IMG/VR virus record: IMGVR_UViG_3300044631_002183
Location: 1-64,000 of that record
Source: a virus
Length of the DNA stretch: 64,000 nt
Reading direction: 5' to 3' (one strand)
Shown piece after piece: positions 9,188-19,900 of the stretch. The number at the start of each line of letters is the position of its first letter. Within the stretch, counting starts at the first letter, position 1. Position numbers and translations under genes: made by a program. The notes under the pieces are model-generated. The model made no database searches and was not told the DNA's origin. It saw nothing but the letters and a program-made list of their open reading frames with translations.

Positions 9188-9837
9188 TGCAGCTCGCTAA
9201 TATCCAAATAAAGGGAGACATAATTGCTGACATGCTTTCTAATCCAGACGTACAAGATCAAATAGAAGAGTCAGTAAAAAAACAATTTAATGCTCAAAAA
9301 GAAGTGGCTCTGGCAGAATTTGATTCTCATCCAGTGACAGCAGAATTGTTGAATCCAGAAGGTGGGAATGTCAGCATGACGTTGGGTGGTTATGGAGATT
9401 TATTTGGTTTTATTGGTTTTGAATCTGGTTTTAATCCTATATCGCCAGTGAGATTAGCTTTAAGATCAAAGCTAAAATTTAAAGGCACAAACTTGTCAAT
9501 AAATTACCCAAGAAATAGAAAAGGACAATTTGCTACTGGCGCTAGAGCTAAGGTATTAAAAATAAACTTTGAAGTTCCTGACTTGAATGACTTCGATGAC
9601 GCAGCGCAATTCCAAGGATGGAACGGCGGCAGAAACTGGGTCAAAGGAATAGAAAGAGGCATCTCTGGCGTTTCTTACTACGCTGATTACCCAAGAGGAC
9701 GCTCGGAAAGAGGTTTGCAATTGAAAGGACCGATAACAGAAGGTCCAAGCAATAGACCATTAGGCTTCAGAACTAAGCCTTACATAACTAAAATCGTTGA
9801 AAACTTTAAGAAAAACTTTACTAATAATATAGAATAA
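9187..9837 (+). CDS. putative neck / tail-completion protein (HK97 gp10-like position)
   Basis: Basic Gly/Arg-rich C-terminus (WVKGIERG ... GFRTKPYI); TAATG coupling to the previous gene; synteny. Confidence 0.4.
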   Translation: MQLANIQIKGDIIADMLSNPDVQDQIEESVKKQFNAQKEVALAEFDSHPVTAELLNPEGGNVSMTLGGYGDLFGFIGFESGFNPISPVRLALRSKLKFKGTNLSINYPRNRKGQFATGARAKVLKINFEVPDLNDFDDAAQFQGWNGGRNWVKGIERGISGVSYYADYPRGRSERGLQLKGPITEGPSNRPLGFRTKPYITKIVENFKKNFTNNIE

Positions 9838-9841
9838 TAAA

Positions 9842-10687
9842 ATGAAAGCCAACTTCCAAAATACTTTAACTAGTAGCTTTTTGCTATATGTAGATCACAC
9901 TATACTAGAAAGAGGAGAGGGCTATACTAATGTTAGTTCTAAATTTTATCCAGTTTCTGGAGCCTATAATGGTTATTATACATATGCCGCTCCTTACAAG
10001 CAAATAGTTAGTGACGCTTCAATAGTTGGGGCCAATCAATTAACAGGAATATACTTAGATAATAATTTCATTGTGCCGGGACAAAGCGGTTTAGTTGCCA
10101 TAAATCATTACGATGGACAAGTAATATTCTCAAGTAATAAAAATAATAGTACAATAAGTGGAAACTACGCAATAAAAGACTTCAATGTTTATTTAACAGA
10201 CAAAGCTGAAGACTATTTGCTATTTTCTACAAAAATGGAGCCAAAGAACAGAAAGCCCCAAACATTTACTGGCTTGGCTGTTAATGAGATAACTTATCCA
10301 GCTATATTCTTAAGATTGGTAAATTCTCAAAATGAGCCATTTGGATTTGGCGGTACAGATATGACTACTTGTTACTTCAGGGCATTAGTTATGTCTAATT
10401 CAATGTATAACTTAGATGCTGCTTGTGGGATTTTAAGAGACTCAGCGCATGACTTTTTCAGAACAGTTAGCAACAATGATTTGCATCTTAACGCTATGAG
10501 TTCTTATACTGGTACTTCTTATAATTATACAGGTATAGCAACAGGCGATAATGTTTACATGTCAAGCGTATCAGTATCTCAAGTAAAGACATCAAGCTCA
10601 GCAGAATTTAAAAACTTGAATCCAGATATTGTGGCAGCTTTTGTTGATTTTGATCTAGAAGTAGTAAGAGCGCCACATGCTTATTAA
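9842..10687 (+). CDS. putative tail terminator protein
   Basis: YPAIFL motif and alpha/beta pattern, directly upstream of the major tail gene; synteny. Confidence 0.45.
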   Translation: MKANFQNTLTSSFLLYVDHTILERGEGYTNVSSKFYPVSGAYNGYYTYAAPYKQIVSDASIVGANQLTGIYLDNNFIVPGQSGLVAINHYDGQVIFSSNKNNSTISGNYAIKDFNVYLTDKAEDYLLFSTKMEPKNRKPQTFTGLAVNEITYPAIFLRLVNSQNEPFGFGGTDMTTCYFRALVMSNSMYNLDAACGILRDSAHDFFRTVSNNDLHLNAMSSYTGTSYNYTGIATGDNVYMSSVSVSQVKTSSSAEFKNLNPDIVAAFVDFDLEVVRAPHAY

Positions 10688-10713
10688 AATAATTTCTATA
10701 CTTTATTGATTGA

Positions 10714-10719
10714 GTGTAA
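10714..10719 (+). promoter_or_regulatory. GTGTAA motif, putative late promoter element
   Basis: Intergenic, 28 nt before the major tail gene ATG; followed by a TAAGGA SD. Confidence 0.55.
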
Positions 10720-10747
10720 ATCAAATTAGAACATATAAGGAAACCAC

Positions 10748-11863
10748 ATGAGTACAACATCAAGAAATCGTGTAATTTACCAAAGCCAAGCTTTATTTGC
10801 TGCTCCTACGGGAGAGACAACTGTTACTGCTGCCAGCCATAGTTTGCGCAGAGTACAAAGTTGCAATTATAACTTTTCAGTCACTCGCCAAGATATTAAC
10901 CAATACGGTGAGTTGGCCGCTATTGATAGGTTGATTCTACAAGAGCCTACTGTTACAGTAGACATGTCCTACTACTTCGAGCCAACAGGATTCAATGAAG
11001 GGCATTTAGGATTTAGAACTAATGCTGTCACTGGAACATCTACAGCTTCAGATCACATGTTGGATTATATTATTTCGAGTGGAAGCGATTATGATCAAAA
11101 GAATGTTTATGTTCTAGTAAGCGATGCTGGTATTGATGCTAACGATTCAACCAATATGTCAGCAGGTACAGTTGATGGCATAATTGGTATCGGTAACGCC
11201 TTCATGACTTCTTGGTCTTTGGAAGCGGCAGTAGGAGCGATTCCAACCGTAAGCTGCGCTCTAGAAGCTCAAAATATTGTTTTTTCTACTGGAAATTATA
11301 ATATCGGAAATCCTGCTGTAGTTGATGGCGCTGATCAAACTTCTTCAGCAGTAACTCTTCCAGATGGAGCTGGATTATTCGATTCTAACACAGAAGTCTC
11401 AGCGGTAAGACCAGGAGATATCACTTTGACCTTGGGCGCCACTAATTCTGATAATAGCCCAATGTTTGGATTGAATGAGTCTGACTTAAAGATTCAAAGC
11501 GCTTCAGTTGCTATGACAATCGGTCGTGAGCCAATCAGAAAACTCGGTAAGGCTTTCGCTTTCGCTAGAGAAATCACTTTCCCAATTAATTGCACAATGA
11601 GCGTCAATGCCATTGTCGGAGCCACAGCGGCTAACAAGTTGTACACATTGATGACCACAAATGGCGACAGCAATAAATACTATTGCGAACTCAAGTTGGT
11701 AGGTTATCAAGGAGCTACTGCTCACACAGCTTATGTAATGCTAAAAGGAGCTAAGATGGACTCTCAAAATTTCACTTCTTCAATTGGACCAAATGAGACT
11801 GTGACTATAGAACTTTCCGCTCAAATCGGTAAGAATTCTGGATTGCACTTCAGAGCAGACTAA
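10748..11863 (+). CDS. major tail (tube) protein
   Basis: RNRVIYQSQ start; two similar halves (VQSCNYNFSVTRQDINQYG / IQSASVAMTIGREPIRKLG); strong SD, downstream terminator, and position before chaperones and TMP. Confidence 0.65.
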   Translation: MSTTSRNRVIYQSQALFAAPTGETTVTAASHSLRRVQSCNYNFSVTRQDINQYGELAAIDRLILQEPTVTVDMSYYFEPTGFNEGHLGFRTNAVTGTSTASDHMLDYIISSGSDYDQKNVYVLVSDAGIDANDSTNMSAGTVDGIIGIGNAFMTSWSLEAAVGAIPTVSCALEAQNIVFSTGNYNIGNPAVVDGADQTSSAVTLPDGAGLFDSNTEVSAVRPGDITLTLGATNSDNSPMFGLNESDLKIQSASVAMTIGREPIRKLGKAFAFAREITFPINCTMSVNAIVGATAANKLYTLMTTNGDSNKYYCELKLVGYQGATAHTAYVMLKGAKMDSQNFTSSIGPNETVTIELSAQIGKNSGLHFRAD

Positions 11864-11881
11864 TCTAAAAAAGATTAAATT

Positions 11882-11916
11882 AACCCTCGCCTTAATCGGC
11901 GGGGGTTTTTTGTTTT
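11882..11916 (+). terminator. Rho-independent terminator
   Basis: aaccctcgcc-ttaatc-ggcgggggtt hairpin followed by a T-tract, just after the major tail gene stop. Confidence 0.85.
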
Positions 11917-11954
11917 ATATTTTCTATTATTTACATATAATACAAACAAGGAAT

Positions 11955-12236
11955 ATGGACGACGAAAAACTCAAAGAGTATATAAAATTTCAATACAGCA
12001 GAAACATCACTTCTCTCTATAAGAAGTATTTCGAGATGGTTGATGATCTAAAGCATGACCACGAAAATATGCTTAAAAAAGTAGCAGAAAACTCTTCTGA
12101 GGATTTCGCTAAAAATATTGATTATTTCAATTCTGATAAATATAATTACATAAGGAAAAAGATCTTAGACGCTGGCAATGACGCAATTAGAAACATTGAT
12201 ACAAGCTTCAAGTCTATAAATATTTCTCTAAAATAA
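11955..12236 (+). CDS. hypothetical protein (93 aa)
   Basis: Start moved from TTG 11910 (inside the terminator) to ATG 11955, which has an AAGGA SD and TATAAT at 11936-11941. Helical, with an RKKILDAGND motif. Confidence 0.6.
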   Translation: MDDEKLKEYIKFQYSRNITSLYKKYFEMVDDLKHDHENMLKKVAENSSEDFAKNIDYFNSDKYNYIRKKILDAGNDAIRNIDTSFKSINISLK

Positions 12237-12239
12237 AAT

Positions 12240-12953
12240 ATGAAAGAAAAATGGCTACATAGTTTTGAAGTCGAAAAGGCTCAAAAGGTAAAGGAAACAA
12301 CTACCGAAGTTAACGAAGCTGGAGAAGAGATCCAGATCACTAAGGAAGTCGAGAAGAAGGTTCCCCATAAGTTCTATATTCTAAAGCCAAATCGCAAGAT
12401 CCAAGACGAGGCGAGCGTATTTTATTCAGTAAAGGTATCAGAAGGAATTAAACTTGGTCTTGTTACTAAGAATTATCTTTTGCGCAAATTTCAGCAGGAT
12501 GGCATTCTAGCTTCTGAAGACGAGAAGAAGATCCACGCCGACAACTATTCCAAAGCTATAGGAATTGAAATCGAGCTAGAAAAAATCAAGCAAGACTCTA
12601 CCCTTAGCCAAGCAGAGAAAGATCTAAAGAATGAAACTCTAAATACTGAGTATCAGGTTTTGCGCCAAAAGATTTTTGATTATGAGAACGTGCAGAATTC
12701 TTTGTTTGATAATACAGCAGAGAAGAGAGCGTCAGATGCTTTGAATTTGTGGTTTGTTTTGAATTTGCTTTATCAAGGAGAGGAAGGGTCTCAGACTTGT
12801 CTTTTCGGAGATGGCTCATTTGATCAAAAGGTCCAAAGGCTTGCGCAGATAGAAGAGTCAGGAGACGAGTTCTTGAGTGGTGTTGTAGAAAAGGGTGGTT
12901 TCCTTATCGGACAATTAAACTCTGGAGTTCCTAAAGAAGACTTGATCGGATAA
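12240..12953 (+). CDS. putative tail assembly chaperone
   Basis: Charged coiled-coil protein between the tail tube and TMP genes. Confidence 0.45.
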   Translation: MKEKWLHSFEVEKAQKVKETTTEVNEAGEEIQITKEVEKKVPHKFYILKPNRKIQDEASVFYSVKVSEGIKLGLVTKNYLLRKFQQDGILASEDEKKIHADNYSKAIGIEIELEKIKQDSTLSQAEKDLKNETLNTEYQVLRQKIFDYENVQNSLFDNTAEKRASDALNLWFVLNLLYQGEEGSQTCLFGDGSFDQKVQRLAQIEESGDEFLSGVVEKGGFLIGQLNSGVPKEDLIG

Positions 12954-12959
12954 TGAAGC

Positions 12960-13955
12960 GTGAGCGATCTTTATGAAAAAGTAAGCTTTTACAAAGGCTT
13001 ATATAAAGAGATAGCAGTAGGCTTTTCTGAGGATAAATACTTAGAGAAGCCTATTTTTATTAAGCATTTTACAGAGCTAGAGAATGGAGATCTCGACTCT
13101 CATAGAAGAGCTTTCCACAAAGAGGCATTAAGTAAAGGACTAGAAATAAAAGAAGAGAAGTTAACTTTTTTAATAAGGAATCAACTCTGGTCCAATGAAA
13201 AAGAAAAAGAAATAGCCCAAATTTCAAAACAGATTTCCGACACAGAGATGTTGATAAGAAATCTAATAATTAAAAAACAAATAAACGACGCTAAGAATAA
13301 AATCAAAGCCCTTAAAAAGTCTCTTTCTGATTTGGAGAATGAAAGATCAGATATGCTAGGATTTTGCGCTGAAGATTATACCGGTAAGAAGCTTAATGAG
13401 TTGATTATTTATCTTTCGTTTTTTAAAGATAAGGATCTGCAAGAAAAGTTTTTTACACTAGAAGATTTCGATGCTTTATCAGATAGAGATTTGTCAGATC
13501 TTGTAGAAATATTGTCTCGCTTTTACACTAGGTTCGATATTGAAAAAATAAAAAGAATTTGCGCCTCTTCTTTTTTTATGAGTCTTTTTTCTTTGTGTGA
13601 TAATAGCCCATATAACTTCTTTGGTAAATATATTAAAGATTTGACTATATTACAAGTCAACTTGTTTTCTCAAGCAAGGTATTTCAAGTCTCTTATTGAG
13701 AGCCAAGCTCAAAGCAATCCTCCTTCTGATGTTACTTCTGATCCAGATAAAATGGTAGAATGGTACGAATCTATTGAAAGCTCTGCTAGAACAGCGAGCG
13801 CATCAGGAAACTCTAGCGGCGTTGGTTATGTTGGAGCTACAAGAGAAGAGCTGGAGAAGATGGCTGGCGGAAAAGCTGTCACTTTGAATGAAATAGCTGC
13901 TAAAAATGGCGGAAAGCTCACCAAGGAAGATTTTATCAAAATGCATGGATTATAG
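12960..13955 (+). CDS. putative tail assembly chaperone 2
   Basis: GTG start; coiled-coil; C-terminal PPSDV..DPD.M..W motif; immediately upstream of TMP. Confidence 0.45.
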   Translation: MSDLYEKVSFYKGLYKEIAVGFSEDKYLEKPIFIKHFTELENGDLDSHRRAFHKEALSKGLEIKEEKLTFLIRNQLWSNEKEKEIAQISKQISDTEMLIRNLIIKKQINDAKNKIKALKKSLSDLENERSDMLGFCAEDYTGKKLNELIIYLSFFKDKDLQEKFFTLEDFDALSDRDLSDLVEILSRFYTRFDIEKIKRICASSFFMSLFSLCDNSPYNFFGKYIKDLTILQVNLFSQARYFKSLIESQAQSNPPSDVTSDPDKMVEWYESIESSARTASASGNSSGVGYVGATREELEKMAGGKAVTLNEIAAKNGGKLTKEDFIKMHGL

Positions 13956-13960
13956 TGTAA
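13955..13960 (+). promoter_or_regulatory. GTGTAA motif, putative late promoter element
   Basis: Overlaps the TAG stop, 20 nt before TMP ATG 13981; TAAGGA SD follows. Confidence 0.55.
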
Positions 13961-13980
13961 TCTAATTAAGGAATAAGGTT

Positions 13981-16900
13981 ATGCCTACTAACGTTCAAGC
14001 CAATCTACTTTTAAATACCGCTCCTGCGCAAGCGTCTTTCAATAATTTTGCAAGAGCGATTGGTTCTGCTAAATTTGCCCAACCTCTTGGAAGAATTACT
14101 GGGGATGCTACAGAATTTAGAAAGTCTTTGGAGGCTGCTACCGCTCGCGTAACGGCATTCGGATTAACTGCTGGAGCAATATATAAAGTTTCTCAAGCAA
14201 TTAGAGAAGGAGCTAAGGCTACACTAGAAGTAGACAAGCAATTAGTAGAATTAAATACCTATTTAGGGCAATCAAGAAAAGAACTAGAAGGCTTCTCTCA
14301 ATCTCTATTTAAAGTAGCTAAAAACGCAGCAGTTCCTTTTGAAGCAGCCTCAGAAGCGGCAAAAGAATTCGCAAGACAAGGTTTATCTGCTAACGAAATA
14401 TTAAAAAGAACAGAGAGTGCTCTAACACTAGCAAGAATATCTGGTATTAGTTATTCTCAAGCTGTAAATGGTATAACCACAGCTCTTAATAGCTTTAGCA
14501 AAGAAGCTCTAACAGCATCAGAGATAACAAATAAATTAATTGCTGTTGATACAAGATTTGCTGTAAGCTCTGCTCAGTTGAACGAAGCTCTTACCCGTGT
14601 AGGTAGTTCTGCCGAGGAAAGCGGTATTAGCATCGACAAATTGATCGCTACAGTTACTGCCGCGCAGCAAATCACAGGTCGTGGTGGCGCTGTAATTGGT
14701 AACGCCTTAAAGACGATTTTCACTCGTTTGCAAAGACCAGAAGTTCTAAGCCAATTAGAGCAGCTTGGCGTAGCTATCAAAGATCAAAATGGATTTTTAT
14801 TAGATGGCATAAGCATATTAAAGAACTATTCTGACGCTACAAAGAACTTAAGCCAAGCAGAGAAAGCAAGAACAGCAGAACTAGTTGGTGGTATCTATCA
14901 AATCAACCAAGTTAATGCTTTAATTAAAGATCTTTCCAGTTCTAATAGTATTTATGCAAATGCTTTAAAAATTTCTAGCGCAGCCACAGATGAAGCTAAG
15001 AAAAAGAATGAAGAGTTAAATAAAAGCTTATCTGCTTTATTAGAGCAAACTAAAACTTCTGCTCAACAAGCTGCCGCAGCTTTAGGTCAGTCTTTATTAG
15101 AGCCAATAGTAAAATTAGGAAGCGCTGCTTCTGAGGCTTTATTAAAAATAGTAGATCCAAATAGCGTCGGAGAAGAAATGGGCGCTGCTATTGCTAAAGG
15201 AGCGGCTTCTGCGCTTGGTAGAGGACTAGTTATGGGCGGCGGTCCTCTTTTAGCTGCGACTGGCGGATTGCTTGCTGCAAAAATGTTTAAATATGTAAGC
15301 GCTTCTGCTAAAGAATTAGGTAGATTTAGCACAGACATGTTCACCTCTGAAAAAGAGTTGCAAATACAAAAAAGAATTAATGATACATTAAGACAAAGCC
15401 CCGGAATTATTGCAGATGTAAGATCAGGCAAGATGAGTTTGGTAGACGCAGAGACAGAAGTCTTGAGATTGATACAGGAGCAAAATAGAAATCTCCTGAC
15501 TCAATCTAGGATAACGGGCAGAGTGACTTCTACAGTAACAACAGCGCAAAACGCTTCTAAAAAAGGTTTCTTTGGAAGAATATTTGCTGATGGATATGTT
15601 CCAGACCTTAGTTCTTCAGTAGGTTTAGCTGCGCTAGAAGAAAATACTGCTAGAAGAATGGGTGCTAAAAATCCAAAAGCGAGAATGGTCCAAGCCACCA
15701 TAAAAGGCAAAACCGGACCAGTCATGGTCAACGATCAAGAAAAAGTAATTCCTAATTATGCGGGAACCGGAGAGACAGCTATTATTCCTAATTATAGAAA
15801 ATTTAATGACATCCCTAGAATGTCTAAGGGATATGTGCCAAATTTTGCTTTTGATTCTCTAAAAACTTGGTATACTAGAGATAGAAAAATCGTAGATCCA
15901 GAAACTTATAGTTATCTTAGATACGCATTAACTAAAGATAAAAAAGCTATTAACTTAGTCTTTTCTAAAAGCGAGCAAAAAGGTCAAGGTTGGCAAATGT
16001 TTGAAAGGCTCGGCAAAACAGCTAAGAGAATAGGTCTTCCAGTAAAAAGCGATGTATTGTCATCTCAAGCCAATGATGTCCTTGATATTTCTGACGCATC
16101 TTTAGCTAAAGCTGGTAAATATGGAATAGAAGAGGTATTAAAAGTTGCATATCCACAATTAATTTATAGACAAAAAGGCTCTTCCAAAGGCACTTCATTG
16201 TCAGTAAATCTTGATAATGGTTTAAATAATACTTCCACTGAGTTAAGCGGCAAAAATATTTTTTCTATAGTTTCAGAATTTGCCTCCAAGCAATATAAAG
16301 GTGACTCAAAGCTTTTAAGAAATAGTATTATTGATGGAAGTTTTGACTTGCAGAATATAGTTACAAATTTCGCTGGTGGTCGCATTCCTAATTTTGCTAA
16401 AAAAGATAGATATAAATTTCCAAGCATTTCTTCCGCTAAAATGGAAGCGAATATTGGTAGAAATTTTGAAAAGCTAAGCCCTGAGAATCAAAGATATTTC
16501 GCCAGAGCTTATGAAGATTATAATAATCTAATAAAAGTGTTCTCTAAGGCTTCTGGCTCTTCTCCAGAAAAATTTGCTAATGTAATGTCGGCTCTTTCTC
16601 CTGCTAATCCATTAGAAAGAAATGCTTTAGATGCTTTAAGATACAATCTTTATACTCAAAAGAAACTATCAACAATAGCTTCTCCAATTTTCTTAGATGA
16701 AAGAGAAATAGGATCAGTAAAGGCCCAAACTTATGGAGCCAATAGAACTAAGGCTGCAAATTTACTTGTTGGTTTAGAAAAGCTTACAGGAAATAAGAGA
16801 AAAGCATTCCTAAATAACATGTTAGATCCTTTCGGCAGCACAGATGTCACTGTCGATTATAGAGCTCAAGGGGATGCGTTAGGAAAATCTTTTAATGTAA

Positions 16901-19900
16901 AAAATGCTCCCTCTATGAATAGAGAGCAATACGATAAGGTTTCTCAAGCCTTTAGAAATGTCGGCGCTAAAGCTGGAGTTAGTGGCTTAGGGGTGCAAGC
17001 TGCCACTTGGATTGGCCAGCGAATGAATACAAAAGCTGCTAAAGGCCAAGATCTCAACAGAGGAATCCTTAAGTTTTTCTACGATAATCCAGATAAGATT
17101 AGCTTAGAGAATTTAGAGTTTTTGCTTTCTGTCCCCGCCAAAGGAAAAGCTAGAAAACAATTTTTTAAGACAGCTTCGGCAATGGGTGTTTCTAAATTAT
17201 CACCAGATAGTTTAATTACGATACCAAGAGCTGCTGGTGGTTATATTCCTAACTTTGCTGGTCTGTCTAATGCCATAAGCAGAGAAAAAACAATGAGTGG
17301 ATTGCCTGCCTCTCAAATCATGGCTCATTTTGATGGCAAAGGAAATCCTCTTGCAGTAACAAATAAAAGAGACGAGCCTCGTGGGTTACAAGATGTTCCA
17401 AATTTTGCTATTCCTAGATCTTTATTAAAGCGCTTTGCTCAATTCAAGCGCGGCACTTTTGGGAATCCAATATCTGCCAGCTTAGAAGTTCTACAAGGAA
17501 GCTTTCTATCAAGCATTGTAGACCAATTAGCTGAGGCAGAAAAAATTTCGGCTGAAGCTTCTGCACTTACCACTGGAGGTGTGCCTACTGCTTATGGTTT
17601 AAAAAATATAGGCAGAGGAATATTCGGCAAAGGATCTAGCCTGCAAAAAGGATTCTCAATCGCAAGCGGTTTGGGCCAAGTAGCATATGGAATTGGCGTA
17701 GGGTCTCAAGCTGGGGATGATGTTAGAAGAAGAATAAATGAAAAAAGATACGAAGAGGCTCTAGACCGCTCCAGAAAGACATATCAAGATTTAACTGAAA
17801 ATACTTTAGAGCTTTCTAATACTTTAGCTAAACTAGACGCCGCTTATAGAGATCCAAAAGCAGATCCTAAGCAAATAACTAAACTAGCAAAAATTAGAGA
17901 AGACTTAATAAATAAAGTAAGCCTAAAAAATCCAGAGCTTGTTTCAAAGTTAGCCTCAGAGCAAAGCATTGAGGGCAAGATAAATATCCTTGAGGAAAAC
18001 ACCAAGGAAAGCCAAAGACAACAATCAATAAGAGAGCAAGCCTTAAAGTTTTCTGCAAGAGGAGCAATTTCTGGGAAAGAAGCCCCAAAAGAAATCGGAG
18101 ACTTTTTCGCTTCCATAATAAATGCTGGAAATGAAAATATCTTAAAGCAAGATCTATCTAAGGCTACAACAGCTAATTTTGGAGATGTTCTTAAAGCAGG
18201 AGGTTTAAATGTAGAGGAGCTTTCTAATGTATTTAAGACTGATGATTTAAAGAAAGCGTTTATAGACGCCTTAAAGGTAACTCAAAAATTAAGCGAACTT
18301 TCAACAAGACAAGAAAGAGACATTACTGCTCTGTCTAGGCCATTAGCCGTACAGCAACAAAGAGTAGCTGATGCAAAAGAAGTAAGAGGAGAAATAAGAA
18401 AAGCTTTGCAAGAGCAATTGCCAGAACTCGCTTCATTCGCTGGAACATTCAGCAAGAGAGCGGGGCTATCTGCTTCTTCTGATGCTGCGTTAGCAATCAA
18501 GAGAACTGATGCTGCTGTTTCTTTTCAAAATTCTCTATTGGCTCAACTTTCTGACAAAGAATTCGCCAAAGGATTGCCTTCTGAAGTAGAAAGCAGATTA
18601 AGAAATATTGATGCCCCAGGAAAAGCTGCTGCTAAAGAATTAGAGACTTTAAAATCTCTACCAGGCCTTAGCGAGAAACAGATAGAAGGATTAGATAAGT
18701 TGATTGGCTTCAATTCTCAACAAGCTAGATCGGTAGAAAAAGCTACAATCATAGCTAATGAGACTAAAAATATACAACTTAAATTCTTGGCTCTACAAGA
18801 GAAGTTGGCATTCGGCGGAGACATTAGAACTTCTATTAATCCTCAAATGAGGAACGAGGCAATGGCTGCTGGAATTCGCGGACCATTGACTTATCAATTA
18901 GGTGGATTGTTAGGCTCTAGAAGAACTCAAGTCGGAGGAGCAGTTGATTTCTTGACTGATACAATACAAAAATATCCTGGTCTTTTGCAAACTAAAGGCG
19001 GAAAAGAGCCAATGGATATACAAGCCGTAAAGAGAGAGCTTACTGGCATAAACGCTATGGATATGCAACGCGATCTACTCAAGAGAGCTGGCATGGCTCA
19101 AATGATGGGTCTCGGGCAAACTTCAGGTTTATTAAGATCAAAGGCTTTTGATCAAGGCTATCTTATGGAATCTGCTGGATTAAAGGCCAGCGCTTTATTC
19201 GGAGGCCCAGAGGTTCCTGAAGAAATTAAAAACGCAATGGGAGAGTATGAGAGATTCAATGTCCAATCTGCTAGACAATCAAGAGCAGAAGACGCTGCCC
19301 TTAAAACAGTAGAAGATTTCTTTGTCCCATTAAAACAAAAAATTACAGATCAATTCACAACAGAAGGAAATCAATTAGCTAAGTCTTTCCAAGAAAGCTT
19401 AAAAACTACTTTTGGAGATAAAGGAATAATAGCAAGTATAGTAAATGTTACTACTGAAAAAATTAACTCAATTGGCTCTTCAGGTAATACAGCAACTACT
19501 CCTGTAGTGCAAAATTTTGCTAATCCAATTAACGATGCAGTAACTAGAGAAAAGATGGCTTTAGGTAGAAGAGGAATAATAGGAGTTCCTAATTTTGCTA
19601 TGGCTTCTATTAATCTAGAGAGAAGCCCAGATTTAGTTACCAGCTCTAATCCTCAAGGCTTTGGAGTAACAAATAGTATAGACGAAAAGAATGGTTTGAG
19701 AAGTTTGGGGATGAGATCTAGTGGATTTGTTCCTAATTTCGCTAAATCTAGAATGGAAGAATTACTAGAAAGAATATATGGCCCAAGAGCGGATGCTCCT
19801 AAACCAGTTGTTCCTTCTCCTCCAGCCCCCATACTAGGAGTATCTCAAAAAACAATGCCTTTCTACCCAGAAAGATTGGTCAATGAGACTTATCCATATG

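Noticed and set aside
12890-12962. lambda G/GT-type programmed frameshift between the tail chaperones
   Set aside because: The two ORFs are in the same frame, separated by TAA TGA, and I see no XXXYYYZ slippery heptamer near the end of the first.
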